A stretch of DNA of 63,995 nucleotides, counting the filler. It is 9 parts of 9 records of this genome, joined end to end, with 100 filler letters (N's around TTAATTAATTAA, not from the genome) between each part and the next. Parts side by side here need not be neighbours in the genome. Positions count along the whole stretch, not along the records: positions 36,055 to 47,368 come from SRR31156797_22114; positions 47,469 to 52,801 come from SRR31156797_22115; 7 more parts are not named here. The stretch is one strand, 5' to 3'. Positions 39,006 through 49,751 of this stretch are shown one piece after another. Numbering within the stretch: position 1 is the stretch's first letter; each line of letters starts with the position of its first letter. Both the position numbers and the translations under genes were made by a program. The notes under the pieces were generated by a model, which was given only the letters and a program-made list of their open reading frames with translations, had not been told where the DNA came from and did no database searches.

Positions 39006-39107
39006 AAAAACAACAGTCAATGAGTTAAATGATTATTTATTTAATTGGGGAACAATGAGCTTATAGGCACAAGCGGTACTTTGTCTAAGCTTAGTAACCA
39101 ATGCTTG
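39006..39107. repeat. ~100-bp direct repeat, copy 1
   Basis: Nearly identical to 41175-41275; contains the GCACAAGC...GCTTGTGT hairpin. Confidence 0.92.
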
Positions 39108-39172
39108 TGTCAGTTGGCGGAAGGGATTTAAACGGAGGCTTCAAGGACGCTTAAATTGCATACTTTGCCTTA

Positions 39173-39490
39173 TTATTGTAATAACTTGATTGCATACTCA
39201 AGTATCTCGTCTCTATTTTTCTTGACACCTTCTATTGTTTTTTGTACTTCAAAGTCCGGTTGTATACCAACTCCATGAAAAATATCGCCATTTTGATCCG
39301 TCACTTTTTTACCTGTCCAGGGAATCACGATATTTCCATAAAGAAATATGTTATTCGTATTGCCGGTGGATCCTGCGGTGCGTGTTCCAACAATTGTTGC
39401 GAGTTTGTAATGAGATATGATATTGAGAAAAGTCTCGGAATAGCTTATAGCACTTGCGTCAGTTAGGAATACTTTAGGTATTTCCAGCAT
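39173..39490 (-). pseudogene. C-terminal remnant of an S41-family peptidase
   Basis: AISYSE, VGTRTAG, GVGIQPD and DEILEYA motifs, but only 105 aa with no N-terminal part; abuts abiEii. Confidence 0.7.
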
Positions 39491-39514
39491 CGTTTTGTGT
39501 CTAAATTAAAGATG

Positions 39515-40306
39515 CTAAATTTTTTCAATCAATTCGTTAATCACCCATTCACTTGCTTCTTCCTGATTATACTTAATCCCCGCTCTCAACAATGCTTCCA
39601 TATCGCCTGTAAAATCAGAGTCATTTTGTTTTTGTTCAAAATTTAAAAGGAACTCCTTTTTGCTTGGTGGTCTTTTCCCAGTTGCAAATGTTGTATATTC
39701 TTTAAAACATTGAATTATTTGAGCTGTATCCAGTTCTAAATGCAATCGGGCATAGTCTAAATCAAACAAATCCCTTCCTTTGCTCCTTTGATATAGCGCC
39801 CTCAGTTTTGTTCCTAAAAGTTCGTTTATATCGTAAGTTTTAATATTTGCTTTACCAGAGAACCATTCGCTTTCAATTTCAAAAGGAAAGTCAACCCAAT
39901 CAAGTACATTGAAGTGTTCTTTGCAGTTTATCTCTAATTTTAAACGCATCCGTATTTCTTCATACTCCGAAGTAAAACGATACAATGCTTTTGCTCCATG
40001 TCCACGAACTTGTGTTGTCCTTTTTTCTTCGAAGAAGGTTATAACTTCATTTAACCTTTCCATAATGGGTTTTATAGGTCCTTCTTTAATTTGCACCAAA
40101 TCAATATCCTCTGAATATCGAGGTGCAGGATTAAGATAAAGTTTGTGTAATGCTGTGCCACCTCTGAAAGCAAGGTTTTCTCTCAGGAAATCATCAGTGA
40201 ATATTTCAACTAAGGTTCTGGAAATAATTAAATCCTGCTCAACCTGTGAAAATTCATTCCATGGTGCGTGTTCCTGCCACTTTGCTATATATGGTTTAGG
40301 TATCAT
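39515..40306 (-). CDS. abiEii: AbiEii/AbiGii nucleotidyltransferase toxin (type IV TA)
   Basis: LAFRGGTAL, RYSEDIDL and KLRALYQRSKGRDLFDL motifs. Confidence 0.92.
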   Translation of the reverse strand: MIPKPYIAKWQEHAPWNEFSQVEQDLIISRTLVEIFTDDFLRENLAFRGGTALHKLYLNPAPRYSEDIDLVQIKEGPIKPIMERLNEVITFFEEKRTTQVRGHGAKALYRFTSEYEEIRMRLKLEINCKEHFNVLDWVDFPFEIESEWFSGKANIKTYDINELLGTKLRALYQRSKGRDLFDLDYARLHLELDTAQIIQCFKEYTTFATGKRPPSKKEFLLNFEQKQNDSDFTGDMEALLRAGIKYNQEEASEWVINELIEKI

Positions 40307-41094
40307 AAATCGCTTTCTAATTTTACATTAACATCTACTTTCCACTTATTATCAACTGCACCTGGTTTCTCTTTTGATTTAGGACTTAATAAAACAGGGA
40401 AGAAATTTTTAGTCTTTAGCTCTGAATAAATCATTTCTTGAAATTCTTCTTCCATTCCTAGTTCTTCAAGCAAAAATCCAAATCTTTGCAAAGTACTTTT
40501 ATTGGGATACCAACTTAAAAGTTCTGATAAATCGGATTCAGTTAACTCTTCTGTGAGTTCCTCAATTGTAGCAAGCATTCTGTTTATTCCGCCCAATTTT
40601 GTCTGGTGATGTATTAAATCAACAATTGTTAAAGCAGGACTTGAAATTTTAAAAATCCCAGCATCTGATTTCTTCTGTAGAATATTTTTATCAGACCAGT
40701 TGGTTGTTGTAAAAAACCGAATGTCTATTGTGTTTTTTGAGATGTCGTTAAATTTTGGTTTCTCAGTTATTAAGTAATCTCGTTGAACCTGTTGGTGACT
40801 TGCTCCATGGAATTTAGCTGCGGAGAATAAGCCTACATAATAATTCCTATCCAGATGTTTAAATAATTTTTCACAGTAAAGTTGAAGTGGTAGTTTTTTT
40901 ACAGAAGAGTATCTGGGTGTTATAATTAAATAAAAACCCTTTCTGAGATTTACTATTTCTCCTTTCTCTGACAATCTATGGAGTTCGAATTTTAAAGAAT
41001 TACTGCTACCAGCTGTTTCTTGAGCAATCTCATCCAATGAAAATGAGTAGTTTTCAATTGATAACAGATATTTTATATATTCTTTCGCATTCAT
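40303..41094 (-). CDS. abiEi: AbiEi-family antitoxin (type IV TA)
   Basis: LRKGFYLI, YYVGLFSAA..HGA.HQ, SSPALT..D and LQRFGFLLE motifs; 4-bp overlap with the toxin. Confidence 0.9.
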   Translation of the reverse strand: MNAKEYIKYLLSIENYSFSLDEIAQETAGSSNSLKFELHRLSEKGEIVNLRKGFYLIITPRYSSVKKLPLQLYCEKLFKHLDRNYYVGLFSAAKFHGASHQQVQRDYLITEKPKFNDISKNTIDIRFFTTTNWSDKNILQKKSDAGIFKISSPALTIVDLIHHQTKLGGINRMLATIEELTEELTESDLSELLSWYPNKSTLQRFGFLLEELGMEEEFQEMIYSELKTKNFFPVLLSPKSKEKPGAVDNKWKVDVNVKLESDL

Positions 41095-41174
41095 ATCTAG
41101 TAAATATTCGATAAAAGTATCAAATTAATCTACCAATCTCAAATTATTACTATGCTTTCTTTGCACGATGGCAA

Positions 41175-41275
41175 AAAAACAACAGTCAATGAGTTAAATG
41201 ATATTTATTTAATTGGGAAATAATGAGCTTTTAGGCACAAGCGGTACTTTGTCTAAGCTTTGTAACCAATGCTTG
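41175..41275. repeat. ~100-bp direct repeat, copy 2
   Basis: Nearly identical to 39006-39107. Confidence 0.92.
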
Positions 41276-41313
41276 CACCATTTAAGGTGGACTTTAACTA
41301 TTATTTAGATATT

Positions 41314-42351
41314 TCACTTCCCAAAAGCTTTTAATACAACTACCAAACCTATGTAATCATCTCTATTGATGACTATCATGTCATTGAATGCCGTTTTTAT
41401 CCTTAATTTTCCGCCACCTTTTACCAAATCATAAATTTCAATGGTACCAGTATCTGCTTCTGCACGATGCGAGTTATGCACTAATACTGGTGCTTCTATC
41501 TTCACACATTTAGAACCATCGCTCATAAAGATTCTGGCCCCTTTCATGGTGGTTTTATCTCCATCTTTTTCAAGAGTCTCTGCGTGTATGAGGGTCTCTC
41601 CAGCTGGTCCAAAATCAGGCAGTTCTACTATTTCATTCTTATTCAAAACCCAGTCTTTGCCGGTTGAATCATACAATTGAATGGTATAATCGATTAGCTC
41701 TTGTCCGCCGGGTTTTCCGTGGCCGGGAATTACAACTTTAGCTTCGCCGTATGCTTTTTTAATGTTTTTAGCCGTTGCTGACCATGCTGCGAGATTGGCA
41801 TCTCCAATATTACCTACCCAACCATTGTAGTTTCGAATGCCATTTCCGGCAAACAGCACCTTCTTTTCAGGTACATAAACTACTATTCCATCATTGGTGT
41901 GGGCCTCTCCTAAAAAATGTGCTATGACCTTGCTCCCACCAACCTCTATCTCTAGTTTGGGATCAAAACCGTTTTCGGGCACAGGTAATCCCTTTTGCTT
42001 AGCGATGCTCCTGGTTTTCTCATAAGCATAAGTTGGAATTCCATTTTCCTGTACCACATCCAATCCTTCCATGGCATCAGTATGCCACCGATCAATAATA
42101 TAGCCTATGATATTTGCTTTTAGCTCTTTACGAACATAATCAATCAGGTTTTGTGTTTCAATATCGGATTCTGGAGTTGAAACAATAATTGCCTCATCTT
42201 CATTCACATAAACTAATCCATTATTATTTCCCTGGATATGCATGTAACAGTTTTCTGTTATATGATGAAGGCTTAAGTTTTCAGAGATTTCTATGGGTTG
42301 AGCAAATAGTCTAACAGACAATAGGCTAAAAAACAGCAGAAGTATTCTCAT
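41314..42351 (-). CDS. Exported subclass-B1-like metallo-beta-lactamase-fold protein with atypical metal ligands and a C-terminal extension
   Basis: NGL, GEAHTNDG, GNIGDANL..W and VIPGHG match B1 enzymes; DRWHTD and AGN replace HxHxD and GGC. Confidence 0.8.
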   Translation of the reverse strand: MRILLLFFSLLSVRLFAQPIEISENLSLHHITENCYMHIQGNNNGLVYVNEDEAIIVSTPESDIETQNLIDYVRKELKANIIGYIIDRWHTDAMEGLDVVQENGIPTYAYEKTRSIAKQKGLPVPENGFDPKLEIEVGGSKVIAHFLGEAHTNDGIVVYVPEKKVLFAGNGIRNYNGWVGNIGDANLAAWSATAKNIKKAYGEAKVVIPGHGKPGGQELIDYTIQLYDSTGKDWVLNKNEIVELPDFGPAGETLIHAETLEKDGDKTTMKGARIFMSDGSKCVKIEAPVLVHNSHRAEADTGTIEIYDLVKGGGKLRIKTAFNDMIVINRDDYIGLVVVLKAFGK

Positions 42352-42393
42352 ACATACATTATTTGCATTACTAACTTAAAAATTAGTGATTTA

Positions 42394-42711
42394 TTATAAA
42401 TAATCTTGTCTTGGTGGCGAAAAAATATCAATTACTTCGCCCGGCTCAATAACCTCCCAGGCATGATTTACATTTTCGGGTATTGAATAACTATCTCCTG
42501 CTTTTAGAATCTCTTTCACATCCGTATATTCCAGGATGTATTCTCCAGAAATTACATAACCACTCTGCTCATTAGGATGTTTGTGAATGGGGACTTTATC
42601 ACCTACTTTGTATTTCATTTTAGTGATCATAGATTTAATACCTGTAGCCAGTACTTCAAATGCTACTCCTTTAAAAACTCTATGTGTAGATTGTTCAGAT
42701 TTTACTATCAT
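42394..42711 (-). CDS. Cupin domain protein
   Basis: HKHPNEQ.GY..SG and IP.NV.H motifs. Confidence 0.9.
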   Translation of the reverse strand: MIVKSEQSTHRVFKGVAFEVLATGIKSMITKMKYKVGDKVPIHKHPNEQSGYVISGEYILEYTDVKEILKAGDSYSIPENVNHAWEVIEPGEVIDIFSPPRQDYL

Positions 42712-42770
42712 AAACAGTATTTTGATGAATTCCTATAACTTCTTTTTTTAATAAAGCACACAAATAGGAA

Positions 42771-44690
42771 TTAAGAATTATTTGCAAGTTTATATGGAAT
42801 AAAAACTCTGAAGGTTGAGCCAATTTCCTGTTCGGACTCTACTTTTATATCACCACCCAACATATCAGCATATGATTTTGAAATAGTAAGTCCCAATCCT
42901 GATCCCTCAAATACCCTTTTATCTTCTATATCAGATTGCTCAAAACGATTAAATATAGCTTCTAATCTGTTTTCCGGAATACCTATCCCAGTATCTTTCA
43001 CAAAAAACTCTAAAACTTCCTTTTTATCAAAGGTTTTCTTAACACAACCAAAAGTTACACTACCCTTTTCAGTAAACTTTAAAGCATTTTTTATCAAATT
43101 GGTAAGGATGGAATCCAATTTTGTTTTATCTGTTATTATCAGGGACTCTTCATCAGATAAAGTAGGTTTATAGATCAATTTCAACCCTTTAAATTCTGCT
43201 TCTTTTGAGAAAAAGGTATGATATTCCTCCAAAATATCATTCACACAAACTTCTTCATTATGCACTTTCACCTGGTCAGCTTCAATTTTTGAAATATCTA
43301 TAATATCGTTGATGGTATCAAGCATTCGTTTTCCGCTTTTTTCAATAATTTGAATATACTTATCCAGACTTTCACCTTTTAACTTTGGATTCTTTAACAG
43401 TTTAGTAAATCCAAGAATTCCATTCATTGGCGTTCGAATTTCGTGACTCATATTGGCCAAAAAAGCAGATTTTAGTCTATCACTCTCCTCTGCCATTTCC
43501 TTAGCCACCTCCAGTTGCACGTTCATTTCCTGCATTTTATCTATCGTACGTTGCTTGTCTTCCATTTGTTGATTAATCTCCTTGCTCATATTTGCAAAGG
43601 AATTAGCCAAAGATTTCAGCTCCACTACAGATGTCTCAGGAATTTTAAAATCAGCTCTATTAATGTTATAATGGTCAATTCCTATAATAATTTTCTGTAT
43701 GGGTATTAATACTTTACGACTAAACAGGAAAACCGTCAATAAAAGTAAAAATACTGCAGTGGCAGATAATAAAAGCGTTATATAAACTATCTTATTAAGC
43801 GGATCGTATACATCTGACATATAACCCGTTACAACCAAATAGAAACCAAACTCAGGTATAATTTCGGTGTAAGCATATTTTTTTTGTGGTTGTTTATCTT
43901 CAGGGTTTTTCCAGTCATACAATGTAATTTCTCCCGGTGAAGATAAAACACGGTCTATGGCCTCAGCCTGTTCAGTTAAAAATGATTCATCTTTATGTTT
44001 TTCAACCATTGGGTGGTAAATAAGATTTTTGCTACTATCATAAAGCAATGCATATCCTGATCCTTCTATTCTCTTTGAAGCCAATATCTTCTTTAAATCT
44101 TTCGTATTCAATAGTTGTGTAAATTCGCTTCTATATGAAGTTGCACCAAACACCCAGTTCCATTCAGGAAATTCTTTTACATAAGCCACTTTTTTTCGGT
44201 ATTTATTATCCTCCGGGTTTTTCCATGGATATTCGGCAAATCCATTTCGCACACTGTCCCAAACGTGGCATCCTATGGTTCCGGAACAATTTTCGTGGCG
44301 ACTATATGGATGGATATCCAACACAAGCACACCCTCTTTGTTCTCCACAGCTACAAGATATCCGGAAGTTCCAATAGTTTGCCTGCTGCAGTATTTTTGA
44401 ATAGCATCTTTGGCTTCAATCTCAGACATCTCCCCGGCCTTGAACTTTTCATAATAAGTTTTTACCACATCAAGATTAGCTTCTGTAATACCTCTTAAAT
44501 AATTTTCTATGGCTGAATTGAGTGAGTGTTGAATAGTATGATGAATCTCTTTACATTCTATTTTAAGGTCTTCTTCTGCTGTATGTATTAAATAATGTCT
44601 GATTAGTCCTAAATCTGTAGCAAAAATAGCAGCTATAATAAGCACCATATAGATACCAAAATACAACAATATCTGGCTCCTTAACTTCAT
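42771..44690 (-). CDS. Cache-domain sensor histidine kinase
   Basis: Two Cache-like Y.WKNP repeats, HAMP, FLANMSHEIRTPMNG and HATPase boxes. Confidence 0.92.
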   Translation of the reverse strand: MKLRSQILLYFGIYMVLIIAAIFATDLGLIRHYLIHTAEEDLKIECKEIHHTIQHSLNSAIENYLRGITEANLDVVKTYYEKFKAGEMSEIEAKDAIQKYCSRQTIGTSGYLVAVENKEGVLVLDIHPYSRHENCSGTIGCHVWDSVRNGFAEYPWKNPEDNKYRKKVAYVKEFPEWNWVFGATSYRSEFTQLLNTKDLKKILASKRIEGSGYALLYDSSKNLIYHPMVEKHKDESFLTEQAEAIDRVLSSPGEITLYDWKNPEDKQPQKKYAYTEIIPEFGFYLVVTGYMSDVYDPLNKIVYITLLLSATAVFLLLLTVFLFSRKVLIPIQKIIIGIDHYNINRADFKIPETSVVELKSLANSFANMSKEINQQMEDKQRTIDKMQEMNVQLEVAKEMAEESDRLKSAFLANMSHEIRTPMNGILGFTKLLKNPKLKGESLDKYIQIIEKSGKRMLDTINDIIDISKIEADQVKVHNEEVCVNDILEEYHTFFSKEAEFKGLKLIYKPTLSDEESLIITDKTKLDSILTNLIKNALKFTEKGSVTFGCVKKTFDKKEVLEFFVKDTGIGIPENRLEAIFNRFEQSDIEDKRVFEGSGLGLTISKSYADMLGGDIKVESEQEIGSTFRVFIPYKLANNS

Positions 44691-44981
44691 AATATTCAGA
44701 CAATTACTTAGTTGATAAAATCTTAAATATCACAATTGAAAGCATGACTAATTCAGGCTGGTTATGTTATTTAAGATGCAGTTTATTTGTTAAAAATCTT
44801 ACATCTGGAAATATCCAAATGAAAACTTATCGATACCTAAATTAAGATTTTTATAAACTGTATCAAAGTAAATTTGAATTGCAATCTATATTATTCTGAT
44901 ATAGAGATCGTAATAAACTATAAAAAATATGTTCGCACACTAAACAAATATGATTACACAAGCAATGTATTTAATCGCTTC

Positions 44982-45992
44982 CTACCTGCCACTACCTTGC
45001 CGTTCTAGCATCCAACCTGGATATTCAGGGTCAAGTTTACTTATTTCATCCAATTCTTTAAGCTCATTATCATCCAGCTTAACATCAACAGAACTTAAAT
45101 TATCTGCTAATTGCGCAGGTTTATTGGCACCAATAATGACTGTAGAAACCACAGGTTGATGCAATAACCAGGCGATGGCAATTTGGGCTACAGAAACACC
45201 TTTTTCATCTGCAATTTTTTTCATTACATCAACTATATCAAAGGCTTTTTCTTTATTGATTGGTGGAAAATCAAAATTAACCCTTCTACCATCCTTGTTT
45301 TTACCTTCGCGATCGTATTTCCCACTTAATAATCCTCCGGCAAGCGGACTCCAGACCATGAGTCCAACTTTTTGATCTAAAAGCAGTGGTATAAGCTCAC
45401 GTTCCAAATCGCGACCTGCAATAGTGTAATAAGCCTGAAGCGAAACAAACTTGCTTAAGTATTGCTGAGCAGAAATTCCAAGTGCTTTCATCAATTGCCA
45501 TGCGGCAAGGTTACTGGCGCCTATGTAACGTACTTTTCCACTTTTAACCAATATATCAAGCGCTTCAAGTGTTTCTTCTAATGGTGTTAACCTATCGAAT
45601 CCATGTATCTGATATAAATCAATATAATCCATGTTTAGCCTTTTCAAACTTTCATCGGCTTGTTGTAGAATATGTTTTTTACTTAACCCCACATTATTAG
45701 GGCCTTCCCCCATTTGCCCACGCACTTTAGTAGCAATCACCAAATCATCACGCTTTAGGCCTAAATCGCGAACCGCCTTACCTGTCATTTCTTCGCTTAA
45801 TCCTTCACTATAGATGTTAGCTGTATCGATAAAATTTATACCTCCGTCAACAGCTTGTTTTACCAAACTATTCACCTGATCCTGTGGTAAAGTTCCAATG
45901 GCAGTCCACATACCGCGCCCGCCAAATGTCATGGTTCCTAAACAAAGCTCTGAGACCAACAAACCTGTGTTCCCTAATAAGTTGTATTTCAT
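44982..45992 (-). CDS. Aldo/keto reductase
   Basis: LCLGTMTFG, DTANIY, IATK, DYIDLYQIH and WSPLAGG motifs. Confidence 0.95.
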   Translation of the reverse strand: MKYNLLGNTGLLVSELCLGTMTFGGRGMWTAIGTLPQDQVNSLVKQAVDGGINFIDTANIYSEGLSEEMTGKAVRDLGLKRDDLVIATKVRGQMGEGPNNVGLSKKHILQQADESLKRLNMDYIDLYQIHGFDRLTPLEETLEALDILVKSGKVRYIGASNLAAWQLMKALGISAQQYLSKFVSLQAYYTIAGRDLERELIPLLLDQKVGLMVWSPLAGGLLSGKYDREGKNKDGRRVNFDFPPINKEKAFDIVDVMKKIADEKGVSVAQIAIAWLLHQPVVSTVIIGANKPAQLADNLSSVDVKLDDNELKELDEISKLDPEYPGWMLERQGSGR

Positions 45993-46147
45993 AGAATTAG
46001 TGTTTTTATAGTAGAAATAATAATTTACAATTATTAACACAATTGAATTACATTAGTTCAATAATCTTTAATAAAACTATTTTTAGTCTATAATAAAAAA
46101 TTGTAACTTAGTCTACTAATCCAGTTGTGAAACTTAAAATCAAAGCT

Positions 46148-47368
46148 ATGAGAATAACATTATTATTTATTTTTTTTGTATTTGGTATTTCTGCCTTCGC
46201 GCAAAATTCAGAAAGTAAGGATGCTGTGCATATAAATGGACATGTAACTTATGGCCTTAATGCTTTAGATAGTATGAAAGTTACTATGGCCATTTTTGGT
46301 GAGGAAACAATTCTTACAACCTATACAGATACTACTGGTTGGTATGAATTTATTAATCCTGATCTTGTTCCCGGAGAAGATACAGTATTACTTTATGTAG
46401 CTGGACAAAACACAGTATATGGTACAATTGTAATAAGAAAAAAAAGAATTATTAATTCATATCAAATTACAGCTGATTTCATCGTGGCTCATAATAGTCC
46501 AAATAATACATGCATTGCTGCATTTGGGTTTAATTATGTAAGTGGAAATGTTGTTCAATTTATCAACCTTTCTTACGACACCGATTCAACAAATTATTAT
46601 TGGAATTTTGGCGATGGGAACTATAGTATTGAAAAGCATCCATTACACACATATAATGCCAACGGCGAATATAATGTATGGCTTTCCATGGAGCATGAGG
46701 AATGTTATGATTCATGGACAGAAGAAGTCGAAATTGATCAACCACCAATGTTTTCTGGTCAAATTTTATATGATGGAAGCCATGAAACAGAATTTATAGT
46801 TAGACTAATACCATTAAGTGATCCTAAAAGCAACTGGTACAATGGTGTTGTTGATGATAATGGGTATTTTAGTTTTATTGAAGTACCAACAGACAACTAT
46901 ATAATTGAAGCTATACCTACAAATATGTATACCTACATTTACCCAAAACCAATACCCACATACTATCCCAATAATCTATATTGGTCTGAGGCAAATATTG
47001 CGCAACCTAATGGTGAGCATGCCATTGAATTAATAACATCTAGTTTTATTCATAGCGGAGCGAATAATATTGAGTGTACAATTAATGACGCTGATTATTT
47101 ACTGGACAATAGACCCACTGTAATCCTAATGAATGAAAACTATGAACCATTAACTGTATCAACTATCTTTAGCGGGCTTAATTACAGCATAATTGACCTT
47201 CAGGAAGGAACCTATTACATATATCCACAATATGCAGGCAAAGGAACCATTCCTCAACAAGTTACTTTTGACAATTCCAGTGAACCTACTCAATACATTG
47301 AATTTGAAGTTACTGAAACTCACATTGCACCTCCGGGGATGAGTATTGATGAAGTATCACAGGGCTTT
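46148..47368 (+). CDS. Exported PKD-domain protein (3' partial, probable T9SS substrate)
   Basis: WNFGDG..S....P.HTY...G.Y.V.L PKD signature and PTYYP motif. Confidence 0.8.
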
Positions 47369-47468
47369 NNNNNNNNNNNNNNNNNNNNNNNNNNNNNNNN
47401 NNNNNNNNNNNNTTAATTAATTAANNNNNNNNNNNNNNNNNNNNNNNNNNNNNNNNNNNNNNNNNNNN

Positions 47469-48224
47469 TCCGAAGAAGATATCACTCTTATCACTTATTT
47501 CAATAGGATTTCCTGTGATATGATATGAATTTTCTTTTATGAAATTTAATAATTTTTTATAAGTAACATGAATATCATAAAAACTTCCGCTATGGATAAG
47601 AGTAGCATATAAATTTGAGTTGATTTTTTCAGCATTTTTTATTTTATGAAAAACTACAATTCCCAGAGTTGTAAAATCAATATAATTATCTTTTAGAACA
47701 CTGTCTAAATTAAGGGAACTAAAAACATAAAAATCATCTAAATTGTTCTTTTCAGCAATTACTCCTGTTTCCAGATAAGCTACTTCAGCACCATACTCTC
47801 TATCATATTTTTCCAGATTGATTTTTAGCAGATACATGTCATCAATAGTTTCAATTTTAGGTAAATCTTCCTCTTCTGATTTAAATTTATCAATAATTTC
47901 AATTCTATCATGTATTCTCTTTTTAGCCTTTTTTAACATTTTTATTTTTTTATCCAACTCTTTTTCTTTATTTATTAAAAACTTTTTTCCCTCGTCTATG
48001 TTTTTACTTAGAGTATATTTTTTAATATCATTTAAGGACAATCCCGCTTCTTTTAATAAAATTATAAAACTAAGATCACGTGCTTGTTCTAGTGAATAAT
48101 AACGATAAGCATTGTCTTTATCTATCTCCGCGGGCTTTAGTAGATCAATATTATCATAATATAATAAAGTTTGTCTGGATATATTAAATAATTTAGCTAA
48201 TTCACTGATTTTAAGTTTTCTCAT
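47469..48224 (-). CDS. MerR-family regulator with GyrI-like effector domain (3' partial)
   Basis: KISELAKLFNISRQTLLYYD...YRYYS; true start ATG at 48224 after GGAGG. Confidence 0.92.
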
Positions 48225-48243
48225 AAAAACCTCCAAAATAATC

Positions 48244-48275
48244 TTGACTGTATAGTTTACTATATAGTCTATACT
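48244..48275 (+). promoter_or_regulatory. MerR-type promoter/operator of the MATE gene
   Basis: TTGACT-N20-TATACT with the palindrome GACTGTATAGT-TT-ACTATATAGTC over the long spacer. Confidence 0.85.
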
Positions 48276-48309
48276 TATATCAAGAGAAATTAGTAAAAGG
48301 GGTAAAAAA

Positions 48310-49656
48310 ATGGAAAATAATAAAAGTATATTTGAAGGAAATTTACGTAAAGCATTTGCAAAACTGGCAATACCGAGCATAATAGGAATGCTGATTATAT
48401 CATCACAAATAATGATAGATGGTTTATTTATATCAAATTTCATAGGTTCAGATGGTTTGGCCGGGATAAATTTAGTGCTACCATTTATGAATTTACAGTT
48501 TGGGATAGTGATCATGATAAGTGTAGGAGGAGCTGTACTGGCTTCTACTTTTAAGGGGAAAGGTGAGCAAGAGAAAAGTAATGAGATATTCTCACTGACA
48601 TTTTATACTTATGTTATTTCAACTATTTTTATCTCAATATTAGCTCATATATTCAAAGAAAAAATCATATATTTTCTGGGGGCAAATGACAAAATATTTG
48701 ATGTAGTTAACGACTATCTTGGAATAATCATAATTTATTCTCTTTTTTTAAATCTCCCCATAGTGCTGGAAGCATTTATGCGAATTGATGAAAAGGCTAA
48801 TTTGATAGTTATTAGCGGAATAAGCGGTTTGATAACAAATATTATTATGAACTATATTTTGATAATTAAATTTGGTTTTGCATTAAAGGGTGCAGCTTAT
48901 GGAAGTGTTATAGCAGGTGCGGTATCAGGCTCGATTTTATTTTATAATTTGATTATCAAAGGTGAAAATTTTTATTTAGCAAAAATAAAAATTGATTGGA
49001 TTTCACTTAGAAATATTATCTATAATGGAAGCTCTGAGATGTTTACTATTTTGTCCTCTGCAATATCAGGTTATGTATTGAATTTACTATTGATGAAGAG
49101 AATAGGAGAACTGGGAGTTTCAGCTATGACAATTGTTTTATACAGCAGCGTATATGTAAATATTGTTTTGGTTGGTCTGAGTCAGGCACTTCAACCTATA
49201 GTATCATACAATGTAGGTGCCAAGAAAATAGATAAAATTAAAGAAGCCTTGAAACTTGCGCTGATAATCGGAGCAGGAATAGGTGTAAGTGCCTATATGA
49301 TTATGAGTAGTTATGCTGTGAATATAATTGAACTTTTTGCGAAAAACAATATAGAGCTAAAAAACTTAGCACTGGAGATAACCGGTTTATTTATATTTGC
49401 ATATCTGTTTTCTTTTATAAATGTGATCATTAGTACATTTCATACAGCGATTGAGAAACCAGTGGAATCATCAGTGATTGCCACGTCAAGAGCACTCATA
49501 TTTGTATTAATATTCCTGCTGGTACTTCCTATATTTATGGGAGATAAAGGTTTATGGCTCGCGACTCCTCTTGCTGAAGTAATGAGTGTAATAATCAGCC
49601 TTATATTATTAAATAAATCATATAAGGAATTAAAATTGAAACTAGTTAAAGCCTAG
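48310..49656 (+). CDS. MATE family efflux transporter
   Basis: AIPSIIGM, IDGLFI and QPIVSYN.GA motifs; about 12 TMs. Confidence 0.93.
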   Translation: MENNKSIFEGNLRKAFAKLAIPSIIGMLIISSQIMIDGLFISNFIGSDGLAGINLVLPFMNLQFGIVIMISVGGAVLASTFKGKGEQEKSNEIFSLTFYTYVISTIFISILAHIFKEKIIYFLGANDKIFDVVNDYLGIIIIYSLFLNLPIVLEAFMRIDEKANLIVISGISGLITNIIMNYILIIKFGFALKGAAYGSVIAGAVSGSILFYNLIIKGENFYLAKIKIDWISLRNIIYNGSSEMFTILSSAISGYVLNLLLMKRIGELGVSAMTIVLYSSVYVNIVLVGLSQALQPIVSYNVGAKKIDKIKEALKLALIIGAGIGVSAYMIMSSYAVNIIELFAKNNIELKNLALEITGLFIFAYLFSFINVIISTFHTAIEKPVESSVIATSRALIFVLIFLLVLPIFMGDKGLWLATPLAEVMSVIISLILLNKSYKELKLKLVKA

Positions 49657-49660
49657 AGTT

Positions 49661-49700
49661 AAATCCCTCTTTAAATTTTATGTTTAAAGAGGGATTTTTA
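49661..49700 (+). terminator. Rho-independent terminator
   Basis: AAATCCCTCTTTAAA..TTTAAAGAGGGATTT hairpin followed by a T tract. Confidence 0.85.
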
Positions 49701-49751
49701 TTTTAATTTAGTAAAATATAAGTAGAAAAAATTATGAACGGGGGAACCATA

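Noticed and set aside
39012-39030. ATGAGTTAAAT in the 100-bp repeat as an XerD arm of a dif site
   Set aside because: Only 8/11 match to TTATGTTAAAT and no convincing XerC arm at 6-bp spacing.
41314-42351. Calling this gene a functional carbapenemase resistance gene
   Set aside because: Two canonical zinc ligands are substituted, so activity cannot be assumed.
48225-48515. N-terminal extension of the MerR ORF given by the ORF track
   Set aside because: It overlaps the MATE gene and the MerR operator; the real start is ATG 48224 with a GGAGG RBS.
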